From NCBI GenBank assembly GCA_963733375.1, contig CAVTDB010000026.1, positions 192,001-256,000 of the forward strand: 64,000 bases of DNA, in the 5' to 3' direction. Origin of the DNA: Nitrospirota bacterium. Lineage in GTDB: Bacteria; Nitrospirota; JACRHJ01. Positions within the stretch are counted from its first letter, which is position 1; each line of letters begins with the position of its first letter. Positions 44,179-54,768 of this stretch are shown piece by piece. The translations under genes and the position numbers were made by a program. The notes below the pieces were generated by a model. That model searched no databases, was not told the origin of the DNA, and saw only the letters and a program-made list of their open reading frames with translations.

Positions 44179-45308
44179 TGAGACCGATATTTAACCTCCT
44201 CGCGCTGTGCTCGGCCTGCTGCTGTTTGCCGGGGCCGCTCAAGCTCGCGTCCGAAAAGGTCCGCGTGCTGGTCCTGGACGACCTGCCCGGCGTGACGCTC
44301 AATTTCCCGCCGGAGTATAACGTGGAAGGTGTTTCCGGCCTGGGCATCGCTTCGCCTGACCCTGACGGGCAGGGCGGGACGCGCATAGACCTGGAAGGCG
44401 ACAGGTGTCCGGAGGGCGGCGTAAGGATAAACGCGGAAGGCATTATAGTCAGCGTCAACCGTTACGCGTTGACCGGCGTCATAGAGATAAAAAGAAACGC
44501 CAGGGGCCGGTACAGGATAATAAACGAACTGGACCTGGAGGACTATACCCGCTCGGTGGTGGGCGAGGAGATGGGCTCGAAATGGCCGATAGAGGCGTTG
44601 AAGGCCCAGGCGGTGCTGGCCCGGACGTATGCCATGTACAGGAAATCGTGCCGGTGCGCGGTCGATTACGACCTCTGCGCGACTGTGAACTCTCAGGTGT
44701 TCACGGGCGGCGCGAAAGAAAAGGAAGGCCCTTCCATGGCGGCCAGGGAGACTGCGGGAGAGATATTGACATATGACGGGGCGCCGATAGAGGCGGTATA
44801 TCATTCCACCTGCGGGGGGCTGACGGAAGACGCGTGCAACGTATGGGACAGGAAGTATCCCTACCTGAAATCCAGGGTATGCAATTACTGCAAGGACTCC
44901 CCGTACTACACATGGAAGAAGCGGATTACAATCCCGGAACTGGACGAGTCGCTCATACAGGCCGGGTATATGATAAACGGACTTAGGTCGATAAAAGTGC
45001 TGGAGAGAAGCGAGTCAAAAAGAATAATGAAGCTCAGGCTGACTGGCGAATCGGGGAGCGTGGTAATGAAGGGCGCCGATTTCAGAAAAGCCGTAGGCTA
45101 TTCCAAGCTTCCGAGCACGGCGTTCGAGGCGCACAGAGAAGGGGACAGCTTCGTCTTCCTGGGCAAAGGCTCCGGCCACGGCGTGGGCTTGTGCCAGTTC
45201 GGCGCAAAAGGCATGGCGGAAGACGGGAAGACTTACCAGGAGATACTTCAGTATTATTATCCGGGAGTGACTCTCTCGCGGCTGCGGAACACCGGGGATT
45301 CAAGATAG
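44178..45308 (+). CDS. SpoIID/LytB-domain protein
   Basis: LEDY..VV..EM, EALKAQAVLARTYA, YHSTCGG, GHGVGLCQFGA, YYPG. Confidence 0.92.
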   Translation: MRPIFNLLALCSACCCLPGPLKLASEKVRVLVLDDLPGVTLNFPPEYNVEGVSGLGIASPDPDGQGGTRIDLEGDRCPEGGVRINAEGIIVSVNRYALTGVIEIKRNARGRYRIINELDLEDYTRSVVGEEMGSKWPIEALKAQAVLARTYAMYRKSCRCAVDYDLCATVNSQVFTGGAKEKEGPSMAARETAGEILTYDGAPIEAVYHSTCGGLTEDACNVWDRKYPYLKSRVCNYCKDSPYYTWKKRITIPELDESLIQAGYMINGLRSIKVLERSESKRIMKLRLTGESGSVVMKGADFRKAVGYSKLPSTAFEAHREGDSFVFLGKGSGHGVGLCQFGAKGMAEDGKTYQEILQYYYPGVTLSRLRNTGDSR

Positions 45309-46329
45309 ATGCTGATAGAGGATTTCGATTACGAGCTCCCGAAGGAGCTGATAGCGCAGTCGCCCGCGCCGAGCGCGATAAATCGCGCCTTATGGTCCTG
45401 CCGCGCGGTGCCGGCAGTATCCGTCACGGGATATTCTCCGACCTGCCGGAGTATCTCCAGCCGGGAGACGTGATGGTGATAAACGACGCGAAGGTGGTGC
45501 CCTCCCGGCTTATCGGGACAAAGGCCACCGGCGGGAGGATCGAGGCGCTGATCCTGCGGCATATCGGCGAGGGAAGATATGAGGCCCTTGTCAAGGGAAA
45601 GACCGCGCCGGGGACGGAAATCATTTTTACGCGAGAGCTTCAGGCGGCCGTGGAGGAAGACCTGGGCGGGGGCAAGAAGGTAATCAAATTCTCCAGGCCG
45701 GAGCGCGGAAGAGGCCATCAGGAAAGCGGCTTCGATGCCTCTCCCGCCATATATAGACCCCTCCGGCAGGGACGCGGAGCGCGACAGGGAGCGCTACCAG
45801 ACGGTTTATGCGGCCAGGCCCGGCGCAGTCGCCGCGCCGACCGCGGGACTCCATTTTACGGAAGCCCTCATGCGCGAAGATAAAAGAAAAAGGGGTTTCG
45901 GTCGTATCCGTCACTCTGCAGGTGGGCCCCGGGACGTTCATGCCGGTGCGGGAAGAGGTAATCGAGCGCCATGAGATGGAGGAAGAGGAATATAGCGTGC
46001 CGGAGGAAACTGCCGACGCGGTGAACCGCGCGCTCGCCGAAGGGCGGCGTGTAATCGCGGTGGGGACGACCAGCGCCAGGACGCTGGAATCTGCCTTCAG
46101 GGACGGCCGGGTCCGGCCCGGAGAGGCCAGTACCCGACTTTTTATCTACCCCGGATATGAATTCAAGGCTATCCGGGCGATAGTCACTAATTTCCACCTT
46201 CCCAAATCCACATTGCTTATGCTAATATGTGCCTTCGCGGGCAGAGATAAAACGCTTTCGGCATACAAAGAGGCGGTCCGGGCGGGTTACCGCTTCTATA
46301 GCTACGGCGACGCGATGCTTATAACCTGA
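45309..46329 (+). CDS. queA: S-adenosylmethionine:tRNA ribosyltransferase-isomerase (frameshifts ~45370, ~45710, ~45880)
   Basis: [52 protein letters not shown]. Confidence 0.95.
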
Positions 46330-46427
46330 CTTGACTTTCTTTTCGGGTGAAAAGAAAGTAACAAAGAAAAGCCGGACGTTTAAGCCCAGCTTTCTTTTGC
46401 TACTTTTCTTTCTCGAAAGAAAAGTAG
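46330..46427. repeat. Pair of REP-like palindromes
   Basis: ACTTTCTTTTC..GAAAAGAAAGT and CTACTTTTCTTTC..GAAAGAAAAGTAG. Confidence 0.7.
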
Positions 46428-46434
46428 AGAGAAT

Positions 46435-47084
46435 ATGAAAGATTTAGGAAAAATAAGAGACCGATACGATTATTCCTTCGACGCGCGCCAGATGGGCCTG
46501 GTGATATTTGGCGTCGCCGCCATCGCCGCGCTTGTTTTCGTGCTGGGCGTAAGCGTCGGGATACAGTGGCAGAGGAAGAGGCAGCCGGAAGCTCGCCGCC
46601 GCAGGCGAAGGCGCAGGCCGGAAAACTTCAGGCCAAGGCAGTACCGGCCGCCCCGCCGGTCTTGAAGCCGGTAACGACGTCGAGGGCCGCTTTTGTCCCC
46701 GCTACCACCGCATCAGCCAAGCCGAGGACAGTTACCCTGACGTTCCCGAAAGTTCTGACTTCCAAAAATGATTCCGTCGCCCCTCTCGTAGAGAAGAAGC
46801 AAGAGAAGCAGAAGGAGAAAGAGAAAGAGAAAGAGAACCACGCCGGGACGGGACATTACACCGTGCAGTTGGGAGCTTATAAAGACGCCTCCGCGGCCAA
46901 GGCGAAGGCGGCAATGCTGAAGAAGAAAGGGTACGACGCAAGGGTATATGCCGCCTCGGGCAGGAAAGGCGGCTATAACTATAAAGTGCACGTGGGGACT
47001 TTCCAGACCAAAGAAGACGCCGCCTCCGAGGCGAAGAAACTTTCAGCCTCCGAGAGAGCGGCGTCTTACGTTACCAAGGAATAA
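46435..47084 (+). CDS. SPOR-domain (FtsN/DedD-like) protein (frameshift ~46590)
   Basis: N-terminal TM, Pro/Ala linker, YTVQLGAY..A..LKKKGY..YKVHVGTF. Confidence 0.85.
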
Positions 47085-47160
47085 CGGCTTAATTTTTAAA
47101 ACGGTTCAGAGCCCCAGAAGGAGCAGTAATCGAGGATGACTGCGGCGGCGGAGGATTAAT

Positions 47161-48351
47161 ATGATAGTTTCATGCAGCCAGTGCAATGTGCGTCTCAAGA
47201 TTGACGATGCGAAAATAAAGGAGGGAGGGTCCAGGCTAAAGTGCCCCAAGTGCGGAAACGTCTTCCTCGTGGAGAAGCCCGCCGCAGCGCCAGCCCCTGA
47301 ACCGCCCGCGCCCCCGGTAGAGGCTCCCGCGCCGCCAGTGCAGGAAGAACCCGTTTTCAGGCAAACGGAACCTTCCGCGCCGCCGGAGCCTCGCCCCGGA
47401 ACCTTCATGGCCTCCTTTCCAGGAGCCTGCCCGCGCCGGAGCCTTCGGAGCCTGCTTTTACTCCCCCGCCTCCTCCGCCCGCGCCGCCAACCGCCGAGGC
47501 GCCGGAGCCGGAGCCAGGAAGCTTCAATAGGAGCGCCGCCGCAGATGGAGAGCGCCCCGGCCGCGCCTAAATGGAAGCTGGACAGGTCGAAGATAGTTGT
47601 AGCTCACGACGGGGATTCCGTGCTCAGGCTGGTCGAATCCATTTTAACCGAAGAGGGCTATCAGGTAATCTGTGAAAGCGAAGGCATCGCGGCGGTCGTC
47701 GCCATAGAGAGAGAGAAGCCGTTCCTTGTTTTGCTGGACGTCGCGCTCCCCAGGATCTACGGCTTCGAGATATGCGACAGGCTTAAGAACAGCCCCGAAT
47801 CCGATGAAATAAAGGTCATACTCCTCGCGGCTATTTATGACAAGACCCGCTACAAAAGAGAACCCGTCAGCCTGTACGGAGCGGACGACTACATAGAAAA
47901 ACACCACATCCAGGACTGCATTGCCAGGAAGGTGAAGCGGCTGGCGGCGGACGGGCAGCCTGCGCCGGGAACGAACTCGCCGCGTGAAGAAGAGACATGC
48001 AAGCCCTCTCTCGAAGACCTTCCTCTGCGGGAGGAGCAGATATTCGAGATGCGCAAAGAGGAGATAAAGCCGGTCCTGGCGACGTCGTCGGTGGGCAACC
48101 AGCAGGTGGAGGCCGCGAGGCGCTTTGCCAGGATTATACTGTCGGACATCGCGCTTTATAACCAGGGCGCGGTCGAGGCAGGCGTGAGGGACGGGAATTT
48201 CGAGCAGGCCCTTGCGGCGGAGCTTAAGGAAGGGCGGGACCTCTACAACGGCAGGATCTCCGGGGAAGTCATCGCGACCGGGGATTATTTCGCGGAGGAG
48301 ATGTCGAAGTTCGTCGAGAAGAAAAGGCAGACGATGGGCCTTGGAATTTAA
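47161..48351 (+). CDS. Zinc-ribbon (MJ0042-type) + Pro-rich linker + receiver domain protein
   Basis: CSQC...CPKC; LDVALPRIYGFEIC, GADDYIEK; C-terminal ARRFARIILSDIALYN domain. Confidence 0.85.
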   Translation: MIVSCSQCNVRLKIDDAKIKEGGSRLKCPKCGNVFLVEKPAAAPAPEPPAPPVEAPAPPVQEEPVFRQTEPSAPPEPRPGTFMASFPGACPRRSLRSLLLLPRLLRPRRQPPRRRSRSQEASIGAPPQMESAPAAPKWKLDRSKIVVAHDGDSVLRLVESILTEEGYQVICESEGIAAVVAIEREKPFLVLLDVALPRIYGFEICDRLKNSPESDEIKVILLAAIYDKTRYKREPVSLYGADDYIEKHHIQDCIARKVKRLAADGQPAPGTNSPREEETCKPSLEDLPLREEQIFEMRKEEIKPVLATSSVGNQQVEAARRFARIILSDIALYNQGAVEAGVRDGNFEQALAAELKEGRDLYNGRISGEVIATGDYFAEEMSKFVEKKRQTMGLGI

Positions 48352-48401
48352 ACGAAAAACCTTGACACGTCAGGGGAACTGCTATAACATACTAAAATTG
48401 A

Positions 48402-48478
48402 CGGGGCGTAGCGCAGCCTGGTAGCGCACACGGTTCGGGACCGTGGGGTCGAAGGTTCAAATCCTTTCGCCCCGACCA
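48402..48478 (+). tRNA. tRNA-Pro (CGG)
   Basis: CGGGGCGTAGCGCAGCCTGGTAGCGCA-CACGG TTCGGGA CCGTG..GGTTCAAATCC..CCCCGACCA; TTGACA promoter at 48362. Confidence 0.96.
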
Positions 48479-48547
48479 TTTTTGCAGCAAGTGAAGGGTA
48501 TCCTCGAAAGAGATGCCCTTTTTCATTACGGCCGTCCAGGGGGGCAG

Positions 48548-48832
48548 GTGCCGGACAGGAAGGTAGCGGCCGAGATTATCGTCAGCGGACGCGTCCAGGG
48601 CGTCGGGTACAGGTTCTTTACGGAGAGGGCGGCCGCGAAGCATAACGTGCGCGGCTGGTCCATGAACTTGCCGGACGGGCGTGTGGCCCTCGAGATAGAG
48701 GCGGTTGAAGAGGACGCCAAGGGGTTTATAAAAGAACTCGAACAGGGCCCTCCGATGGCGCGGGTGGAAGAAGTAAAGGTCAGCTGGAAAACTCACCAGG
48801 GCAAATTCAATAACTTCACAATCAAGGTTTGA
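48548..48832 (+). CDS. acyP: Acylphosphatase
   Basis: [26 protein letters not shown]. Confidence 0.92.
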   Translation: MPDRKVAAEIIVSGRVQGVGYRFFTERAAAKHNVRGWSMNLPDGRVALEIEAVEEDAKGFIKELEQGPPMARVEEVKVSWKTHQGKFNNFTIKV

Positions 48833-48843
48833 CGGGTGCAATA

Positions 48844-49885
48844 ATGCCGAAAAAGAAAAAACAGAAAACCGAAGAGTTCTCAGGCGAGACCGTCGAACTG
48901 GATGTAGAGAAACCGAAGGACGAGGAAGAAGAAGAACTTTCCTACTTTCCGGCGGAAGAGGCCAGAAGAGGAAGAGTTCGAGGCGGGGATGGGTGAGGAG
49001 CTTTTCGACGCGGAGGAAGAGGAGGAGGCCGAAGCGCCTTCAGCCTATCCGGACGAGGCCCAGGACGCCATAAAGCTCTACCTGAAGGAAATCCGGGTAT
49101 CGGCCCTCTTGTCCTTCGAGGAGGAACAGGAGCTTGCCCACCGCGTAGAGAAGGGCGACGAAGAAGCGCGCGCCCATATGATCGAGGCGAACCTCCGGCT
49201 CGTCGTCAATATCGGGAAACGCTATATCAACCGGGGCCTCCCGTTCTCGGATATTATAGAGGAAGGCAACATCGGCCTGATCAAGGCCGTGGAGAAGTTC
49301 AAGCCGGAAAAAGGCTTCCGTTTCTCAACCTATGCCTCCTGGTGGATAAAGCAGTCCATAGAGAGGGCGCTTGTCAACCAGACACGCACCATACGCCTGC
49401 CCGTACATATATCCGAAGTCATCAATACGTTCGTGAAAGTCGTCCGCAGACTTATCCAGAGCTTGAAGCGCGAGCCGACGGTGGAGGAGATTGCCGCGGA
49501 GATGAACTACGCGCCCGATCAGGTCAAGGACATCATGCAGCTCATCCGGAAGACGCACTCCCTTGATACGCCCATAGGCAACAAGGAAGAAGGTTCGCTC
49601 AAGGATTTAATCGAGGACGAGGCGTCTTTATCCCCCGCGAAGGTTACCGAGGGCATCATCCGGCACGAGCAGATAATCGAGTGGCTGGACTACCTGACGG
49701 AGAACGAGAAGAAGGTGATAAGCCTCCGGTTCGGCCTGGAGGACGGGGAGGCGCAGACACTTGAGGTCATCGGCAAAGAGTTCGGCCTGACCCGCGAGCG
49801 CGTGCGCCAGATAGAGGCTTCGGCTTTAAACAAGCTCCGGTTCATCACCAAGCGCAAGAGTATAGACCTGGACAGCATTTTATAA
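48844..49885 (+). CDS. rpoS: Group 2 sigma-70 factor, RpoS-like (frameshift ~48960)
   Basis: NLRLVV, FRFSTYASWWIKQSIERAL, TIRLPVH, TRERVRQIE; acidic N-terminus without region 1.1; followed by apt. Confidence 0.78.
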
Positions 49886-49908
49886 AGACATTTAGTTCAA
49901 GGGGGCAT

Positions 49909-50424
49909 ATGCTCGACCTGAAGTCCCGCATAAGGGACATCCCGGACTTCCCAAAGAAGGGTATCCTGTTCAAGGACATTACCACGCTCCTGAAGGACAG
50001 TGAGGCCTTCCAGAAGGTCATCGACAAGATTACCTGTTTTTATGAAGACGAGGGGATAGAGAAGGTCGTCGGGATAGAGTCCCGCGGCTTTATAACGGGC
50101 GCACCCGTGGCATACGCGCTCAACGCCGGGTTCATCCCGGTCAGGAAATCGGGCAAGCTCCCAAGCGATATATACGAGGCGAAGTACGAGCTTGAGTACG
50201 GCACGGATACCCTGACAGTCCATCAGGACGCGATAACGCCGGGCGAGCGCGTGCTGGTGGTGGACGACCTGCTGGCTACGGGCGGCACGATGGCGGCGAC
50301 GCTGGACCTTCTAAAGCAGCTCGGCGCGGTGGTGGTCGGCGTGGCGTTCCTGATAGAGCTTACGGAGCTTAAGGGCCGGGACAAGCTTGCGGGATACCAG
50401 GTGCTTTCTTTAATCAGCTATTAA
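49909..50424 (+). CDS. apt: Adenine phosphoribosyltransferase
   Basis: PDFPKKGILFKDIT, ESRGF, LEYG, VDDLLATGGT. Confidence 0.96.
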   Translation: MLDLKSRIRDIPDFPKKGILFKDITTLLKDSEAFQKVIDKITCFYEDEGIEKVVGIESRGFITGAPVAYALNAGFIPVRKSGKLPSDIYEAKYELEYGTDTLTVHQDAITPGERVLVVDDLLATGGTMAATLDLLKQLGAVVVGVAFLIELTELKGRDKLAGYQVLSLISY

Positions 50425-50472
50425 TCGGGGTTGACTAAGACCCCGTTTTGTTCTATATTTTTTTCACTCTTT

Positions 50473-50549
50473 GCCCCCATAGCTCAGTTGGATAGAGCAC
50501 AGGTTTCCTAAACCTGGTGTCGCATGTTCGAGCCATGCTGGGGGCACCA
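50473..50549 (+). tRNA. tRNA-Arg (CCT)
   Basis: GCCCCCATAGCTCAGTTGGATAGAGCA-CAGGT TTCCTAA ACCTG..GTTCGAG..GGGGGCACCA. Confidence 0.95.
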
Positions 50550-50556
50550 AATAAAA

Positions 50557-50595
50557 CAAGGGGTTAGCTTATGAAAGCTAACCCCTTTTCTTTTG
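50557..50595 (+). terminator. Terminator after tRNA-Arg
   Basis: AAGGGGTTAGCTT-ATGA-AAGCTAACCCCTT then T-rich tail. Confidence 0.8.
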
Positions 50596-50644
50596 AAATT
50601 CGGACGCGTTCGATCACGCCTTAACAATCAGTGCTTAAGTCCCT

Positions 50645-51490
50645 TCACACTGCGGCCTTGACGCTGTGCTTGCGGAACATGTCCACTGCCATTGACGGCA
50701 GATAGATATAGAACGTGCTTCCCTTTCCTAATTCGCTGTCAATCTCAACGCGCCCGCCGTGTGCTTCGGCCACGGCTTTGACTATCGTGAGCCCCAGTCC
50801 GGCGCCCCTTACGCCTCTACTTTTAGAACGAAAATACATATCGAAAAGTTGTGATATCTGCTTTGCCGGTATTCCAGGCCCCGTGTCCGATACGGATATA
50901 GCCGGAAAAATCTCTTTCCCCACCCTGTGATATTCGGTTTTAAGAGATATCCGTCCTCCTTCGGGTGTGTAATTGATTGCGTTTTGCAGAAGGTTGTTAA
51001 TCGCTCTTTCAATAAATCTTCTATCCAGAAAAGCAAATTGAAGGTCTTCCGCAAGCTCCATCTCGATTACCTGATGCTTTTTAGCAGCCTGGATAGCGAA
51101 TTCTGTTTTTACTTCCTTTAATACCTCATTCAAATCGGTAGAGGTAAATTCAGGCGTCAAGATACCGGCTTGCAGTCTTGCATGAAATGTAAAATCGTCC
51201 ACCATCCCCAGAAGCTTATCACCGCTCGTGAGTATGTGACCGCACATTTCCTTAATGTCGCTATCCAAACCTTCATGCGTGGCTATCAGCTCGGCGTAAC
51301 CCATTATGACTGTCAGCGGCGATTTAAAATCATGAGTCACCATGGCCAGAAAGTTATCCCTTTGCTGTTCAACCCATTTTTTCTCGTCCGTCGGGGAAAC
51401 TTCAGGCAGGCTATCTTTAACTTTACCGGTTTTCACGAGGGTACCCTTTCCAGCCCAAAAAGCAGGTCCAAACATTAAACAAACTAACAA
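50645..51490 (-). CDS. Histidine kinase with little or no sensor domain
   Basis: THDFKSPL, NAINY, DTGPG, GAGLGL; start uncertain. Confidence 0.88.
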   Translation of the reverse strand: MLVCLMFGPAFWAGKGTLVKTGKVKDSLPEVSPTDEKKWVEQQRDNFLAMVTHDFKSPLTVIMGYAELIATHEGLDSDIKEMCGHILTSGDKLLGMVDDFTFHARLQAGILTPEFTSTDLNEVLKEVKTEFAIQAAKKHQVIEMELAEDLQFAFLDRRFIERAINNLLQNAINYTPEGGRISLKTEYHRVGKEIFPAISVSDTGPGIPAKQISQLFDMYFRSKSRGVRGAGLGLTIVKAVAEAHGGRVEIDSELGKGSTFYIYLPSMAVDMFRKHSVKAAV

Positions 51491-51532
51491 TATTAATTAT
51501 TATTATAACAAATTATCATTAAGAAATTATTA

Positions 51533-51562
51533 AAATCGCATTAATTTTAATTAATGCGATTT
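51533..51562. promoter_or_regulatory. Perfect 14-2-14 inverted repeat abutting a TTGACA -35
   Basis: AAATCGCATTAATT-TT-AATTAATGCGATTT between divergent genes. Confidence 0.7.
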
Positions 51563-51597
51563 GACAAAACGTATGAATCTCATTATATATTGTAAAT

Positions 51598-52137
51598 ATG
51601 CATACACTAAAATACCGCATCGTGATGGCATTCGCCGTAATGCTTATTTGCCTGTTCCCGGCGGCGGGAATGGCGCAGGACTCCGCCATTTCCAATGGCG
51701 ACCTCCTTAAAATCACCGTCTATGGCAACGACGACCTCACAACCGAAACGCTTGTTAGCTCAGAAGGCACTATATCCTTCCCGCTTATAAAGGAGGCCAA
51801 GGTCGGTGGACTCAGCGTCCACCAGGCGGAGAAGAGGATAGCTAAACTCCTGGCCAAAGGATATCTTCGGGACCCGCACGTGACCATCCTTATCACCGAG
51901 ACGAAAAACGTGGTTTATGTTACCGGAGAGGTACAAAAACCCGGCTCGTACAAGGCGGATCCCGATACGACCGTGCTCAAGGCCATTGCGCTGGCGGGGG
52001 GCCTGACGGAAAAAGCGGCCCCCGGCAGGACAAAAATAACACGCAAGGTGGACGGCAAAGAATCCACGATGAAAGCGCATATGGGCGATTCCATCAAGCC
52101 GGACGACGTGATAAACGTCCCGGAGAGCTTCTTCTAA
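51598..52137 (+). CDS. Polysaccharide export (Wza/EpsE-like Poly_export + SLBB) protein
   Basis: Signal peptide, GDLLKITVYG, GTISFPLI, VTGEVQKPG, AIALAGG, ends VPESFF. Confidence 0.88.
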   Translation: MHTLKYRIVMAFAVMLICLFPAAGMAQDSAISNGDLLKITVYGNDDLTTETLVSSEGTISFPLIKEAKVGGLSVHQAEKRIAKLLAKGYLRDPHVTILITETKNVVYVTGEVQKPGSYKADPDTTVLKAIALAGGLTEKAAPGRTKITRKVDGKESTMKAHMGDSIKPDDVINVPESFF

Positions 52138-52204
52138 GCCATCCACCTCTAAAGCGTGCTGCCCAGGCAACCGTCCCAAAAAAAGAAACAATCTCATGCC
52201 ACTC

Positions 52205-52241
52205 AAAAAAAATGCGCCCGCCGAAAGCGGGCGCATTTTTG
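52205..52241. terminator. Bidirectional intrinsic terminator
   Basis: AAAAATGCGCCCGC-CGAAA-GCGGGCGCATTTTT between convergent genes. Confidence 0.85.
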
Positions 52242-52269
52242 AATGCGGGGACGGAGTATTAAAGCGTAT

Positions 52270-53232
52270 TTAGGCGGCTTTCAAGAGCTTCTCGATTGCC
52301 TCCTTGCTTACTTCCACGCCCATGGATTTCAAGGTCATCAACACACCTTGCTCGTAGCTCCGCGCCTTCATGGCGTAGCCGAACATGTCTATTGCACGGA
52401 TGCCTGACACCCTCGTCGATGAAGACATGCTCTCAGCCTGAAGCAAGCCAAACTCCTTGGCGTAGGTGTTGAAGTCCACCATCTTCGGCTCCGGCAGGCC
52501 CATGAGCGCCGTTATATGGCTCATCAGGGTCCTTTGGGTGACCGGCCTGTCGTCGGATAGCGTGAATACGTCGCTGTTGTTTACGTTCTCGACTATCTCG
52601 GCGTACAGTCCGGCTACGTCGTCGATGTGGATGAGGTTCAGGTAGTTGTCGCCGGGCTCTACAAGCCTCGCCTTGCCAGCCTTTAAGGCCTCTATCAGCC
52701 CCTTGAACCACCCGCCGCTTCCGTAGACCATCGCCGGAAAGACCCTGATCACGTTAAGCTCAGTTTCCTCCGCCAGTTGGTCCACTACCTTCAGCGAGCC
52801 TTCAATCGGCCTGCAGTACCCGATCGGATCGACGGCGTCCGCATCGGATGCCCATTTGCCGTGACGGTTGCCATAGCAGTCCGTATGAAAAGTCGCAATC
52901 ACCGTATTTGCATTGCCGTCGGAGGCCGCTTTGATGAGGTTTGCCACCTCTTCGGTATGCTTTCTTGAATATGTTTCAACCTTGTCCTTGGGAATTTTCT
53001 CGCTGCTGTCGATCGGACTGATAAGGCTTATTACCTTATCCGCTTCCCTTATCCTGTCGCACCATTCCCCTGATTCCAGAAGGTCGCCAGTAAGGTAGTT
53101 GACTCCCTTTTGTTTAAGGGATTGATTTTCACCGGCCCGAACCAGGCCAATGACGTTATGTCCTCTATCGGCAAGCTCTTTCGTTACGGCCGAACCGAGA
53201 AAGCCGCTTGCCCCTGCGATGAATATCTTCAT
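52270..53232 (-). CDS. NAD-dependent epimerase/dehydratase (atypical SDR)
   Basis: IAGASGFLG, VYG, IHIDDVA. Confidence 0.85.
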   Translation of the reverse strand: MKIFIAGASGFLGSAVTKELADRGHNVIGLVRAGENQSLKQKGVNYLTGDLLESGEWCDRIREADKVISLISPIDSSEKIPKDKVETYSRKHTEEVANLIKAASDGNANTVIATFHTDCYGNRHGKWASDADAVDPIGYCRPIEGSLKVVDQLAEETELNVIRVFPAMVYGSGGWFKGLIEALKAGKARLVEPGDNYLNLIHIDDVAGLYAEIVENVNNSDVFTLSDDRPVTQRTLMSHITALMGLPEPKMVDFNTYAKEFGLLQAESMSSSTRVSGIRAIDMFGYAMKARSYEQGVLMTLKSMGVEVSKEAIEKLLKAA

Positions 53233-53377
53233 TGATGCACCTCCTCTAAACCGCACTTTTTCATTTGTTACACCTATTATTAAGTATAGCACTCATTCCT
53301 ATTATTGTAATTTAGCGCTGGATTATCCTGTTTTTTTCAATTGATATCTCATGCCGTTTATGCTAATTTTCACATAC

Positions 53378-54619
53378 ATGAAAGAGCAGCTTATTAATGC
53401 GGAGATACTGAGTCTTTTAAATGAGAAACAAGAGATAAGCCATGTCCTGGAGCAGGTAGCGCTCAAGCTGAAAAATTACCTGGGATGTGAAGCGCTGGGA
53501 ATAAGGATAAAGGACAATAAAGGCAATATCCCATACGCCGTAACTACCGGATTTAACGATGAATTTCTGGCCAAGGAATGTTTTTTATCCGTAAGGACGG
53601 ACAGTTGCGTCTGCATCGGGATAGTAGAAGGAAAATACGACCCTGCCCTGCCTTTTTATACTCCCCACGGCTCCTTTTTTACGGATAATTTACTGTCACT
53701 TACGCCCCTCCTGGATGGGATGCGGGCCGGAACGTTCAGGGGTGAGTGCGTCCGGTGCGGGTGGGAGTGCCTGGGCGTCGTGCCTATCCGTTTTGCACAC
53801 CAGTATTTCGGGGCCATCCATTTCGTGCACAAGGAAGCAAATGCCATTCAGAGAAGTCAGGTCCGGTTTGTAGAAAATATCGCCTCGCAGATTGGTCTTT
53901 ACATCCACTCAATTGCCGCCGTTAAAGAAAAGGACGGCGAGTTTCAGGAGATTGTCCAGCGGATAATCCACGACCTCCGAAGTCCGCTCACGTCGATAAA
54001 AGGTTTTTCGGAGCTTATCACATTAAAATATTCGGACCGGCTTGAAGACGACATCCCGGAAATGGTCGAAAGGATTTCCAGGAACGCCGAATACATCGAG
54101 CACTTCATCCATAGCTTTGGCGATTTCGCGCACTCGACCGGCGGCGCGAAAGAACATTCCGAGACGATAGATTTAAAGGAATTCATTTTAAACCTCGTCT
54201 CGGAAATGGACCTGCCGCGAAAAGAAGAGGTCGAAATAAAGTTTGAGGAAAATATCCCCTTTATAGAGTATCCTCCGTTTTGCCTCAAGAGGATATTATC
54301 AAATTTGATAGGCAACGCCGTCAAATATACTCCCGGCGACCGCACGCCGGTAATCGAGGTCGGCTGCCAGGAAAAGGATATCTTTTATCAGGTCTCGGTG
54401 AAAGATTCCGGCATGGGCGTAAAGGCGGATGAGACGGAGAAAATTTTTCACCCGTTTTACCGCTCCAGCAAGGCGGCGAATATCCGCGGCTCGGGGCTCG
54501 GCCTGTCAATCTGCAAAAAGCTGGTGGAAAAACGCGGCGGCACGATATGGGTCTATTCGGACAAGGGTCAGGGGAGCACCTTTTATTTCACGGTGCCCAA
54601 AACTATAAAAAATCCTTAA
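53378..54619 (+). CDS. Cytoplasmic GAF-domain histidine kinase
   Basis: Cys-rich GAF; HDLRSPL, NAVKY, DSGMG, GSGLGL. Confidence 0.9.
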   Translation: MKEQLINAEILSLLNEKQEISHVLEQVALKLKNYLGCEALGIRIKDNKGNIPYAVTTGFNDEFLAKECFLSVRTDSCVCIGIVEGKYDPALPFYTPHGSFFTDNLLSLTPLLDGMRAGTFRGECVRCGWECLGVVPIRFAHQYFGAIHFVHKEANAIQRSQVRFVENIASQIGLYIHSIAAVKEKDGEFQEIVQRIIHDLRSPLTSIKGFSELITLKYSDRLEDDIPEMVERISRNAEYIEHFIHSFGDFAHSTGGAKEHSETIDLKEFILNLVSEMDLPRKEEVEIKFEENIPFIEYPPFCLKRILSNLIGNAVKYTPGDRTPVIEVGCQEKDIFYQVSVKDSGMGVKADETEKIFHPFYRSSKAANIRGSGLGLSICKKLVEKRGGTIWVYSDKGQGSTFYFTVPKTIKNP

Positions 54620-54768
54620 GCACGGCTTAGCCCACCCGGGGAAGCCCCCTTCCTTTTTTCCAACGTCTCCTTTTTGTCTCTTCTACTTCCCGATTTTATT
54701 GATAATTCCCTGATAATAATGTAAAATTATTAGTTGGCGTCTAATATTTTTCCCCGGAGCTATCATAA

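Noticed and set aside
43959-45308. 449-aa DUF2905-SpoIID fusion
   Set aside because: Created by a frameshift; DUF2905 ends at TAA 44176-44178 overlapping the spoIID ATG
46795-46840. GAGAAA microsatellite in SPOR gene
   Set aside because: Ordinary in-frame low-complexity KE linker
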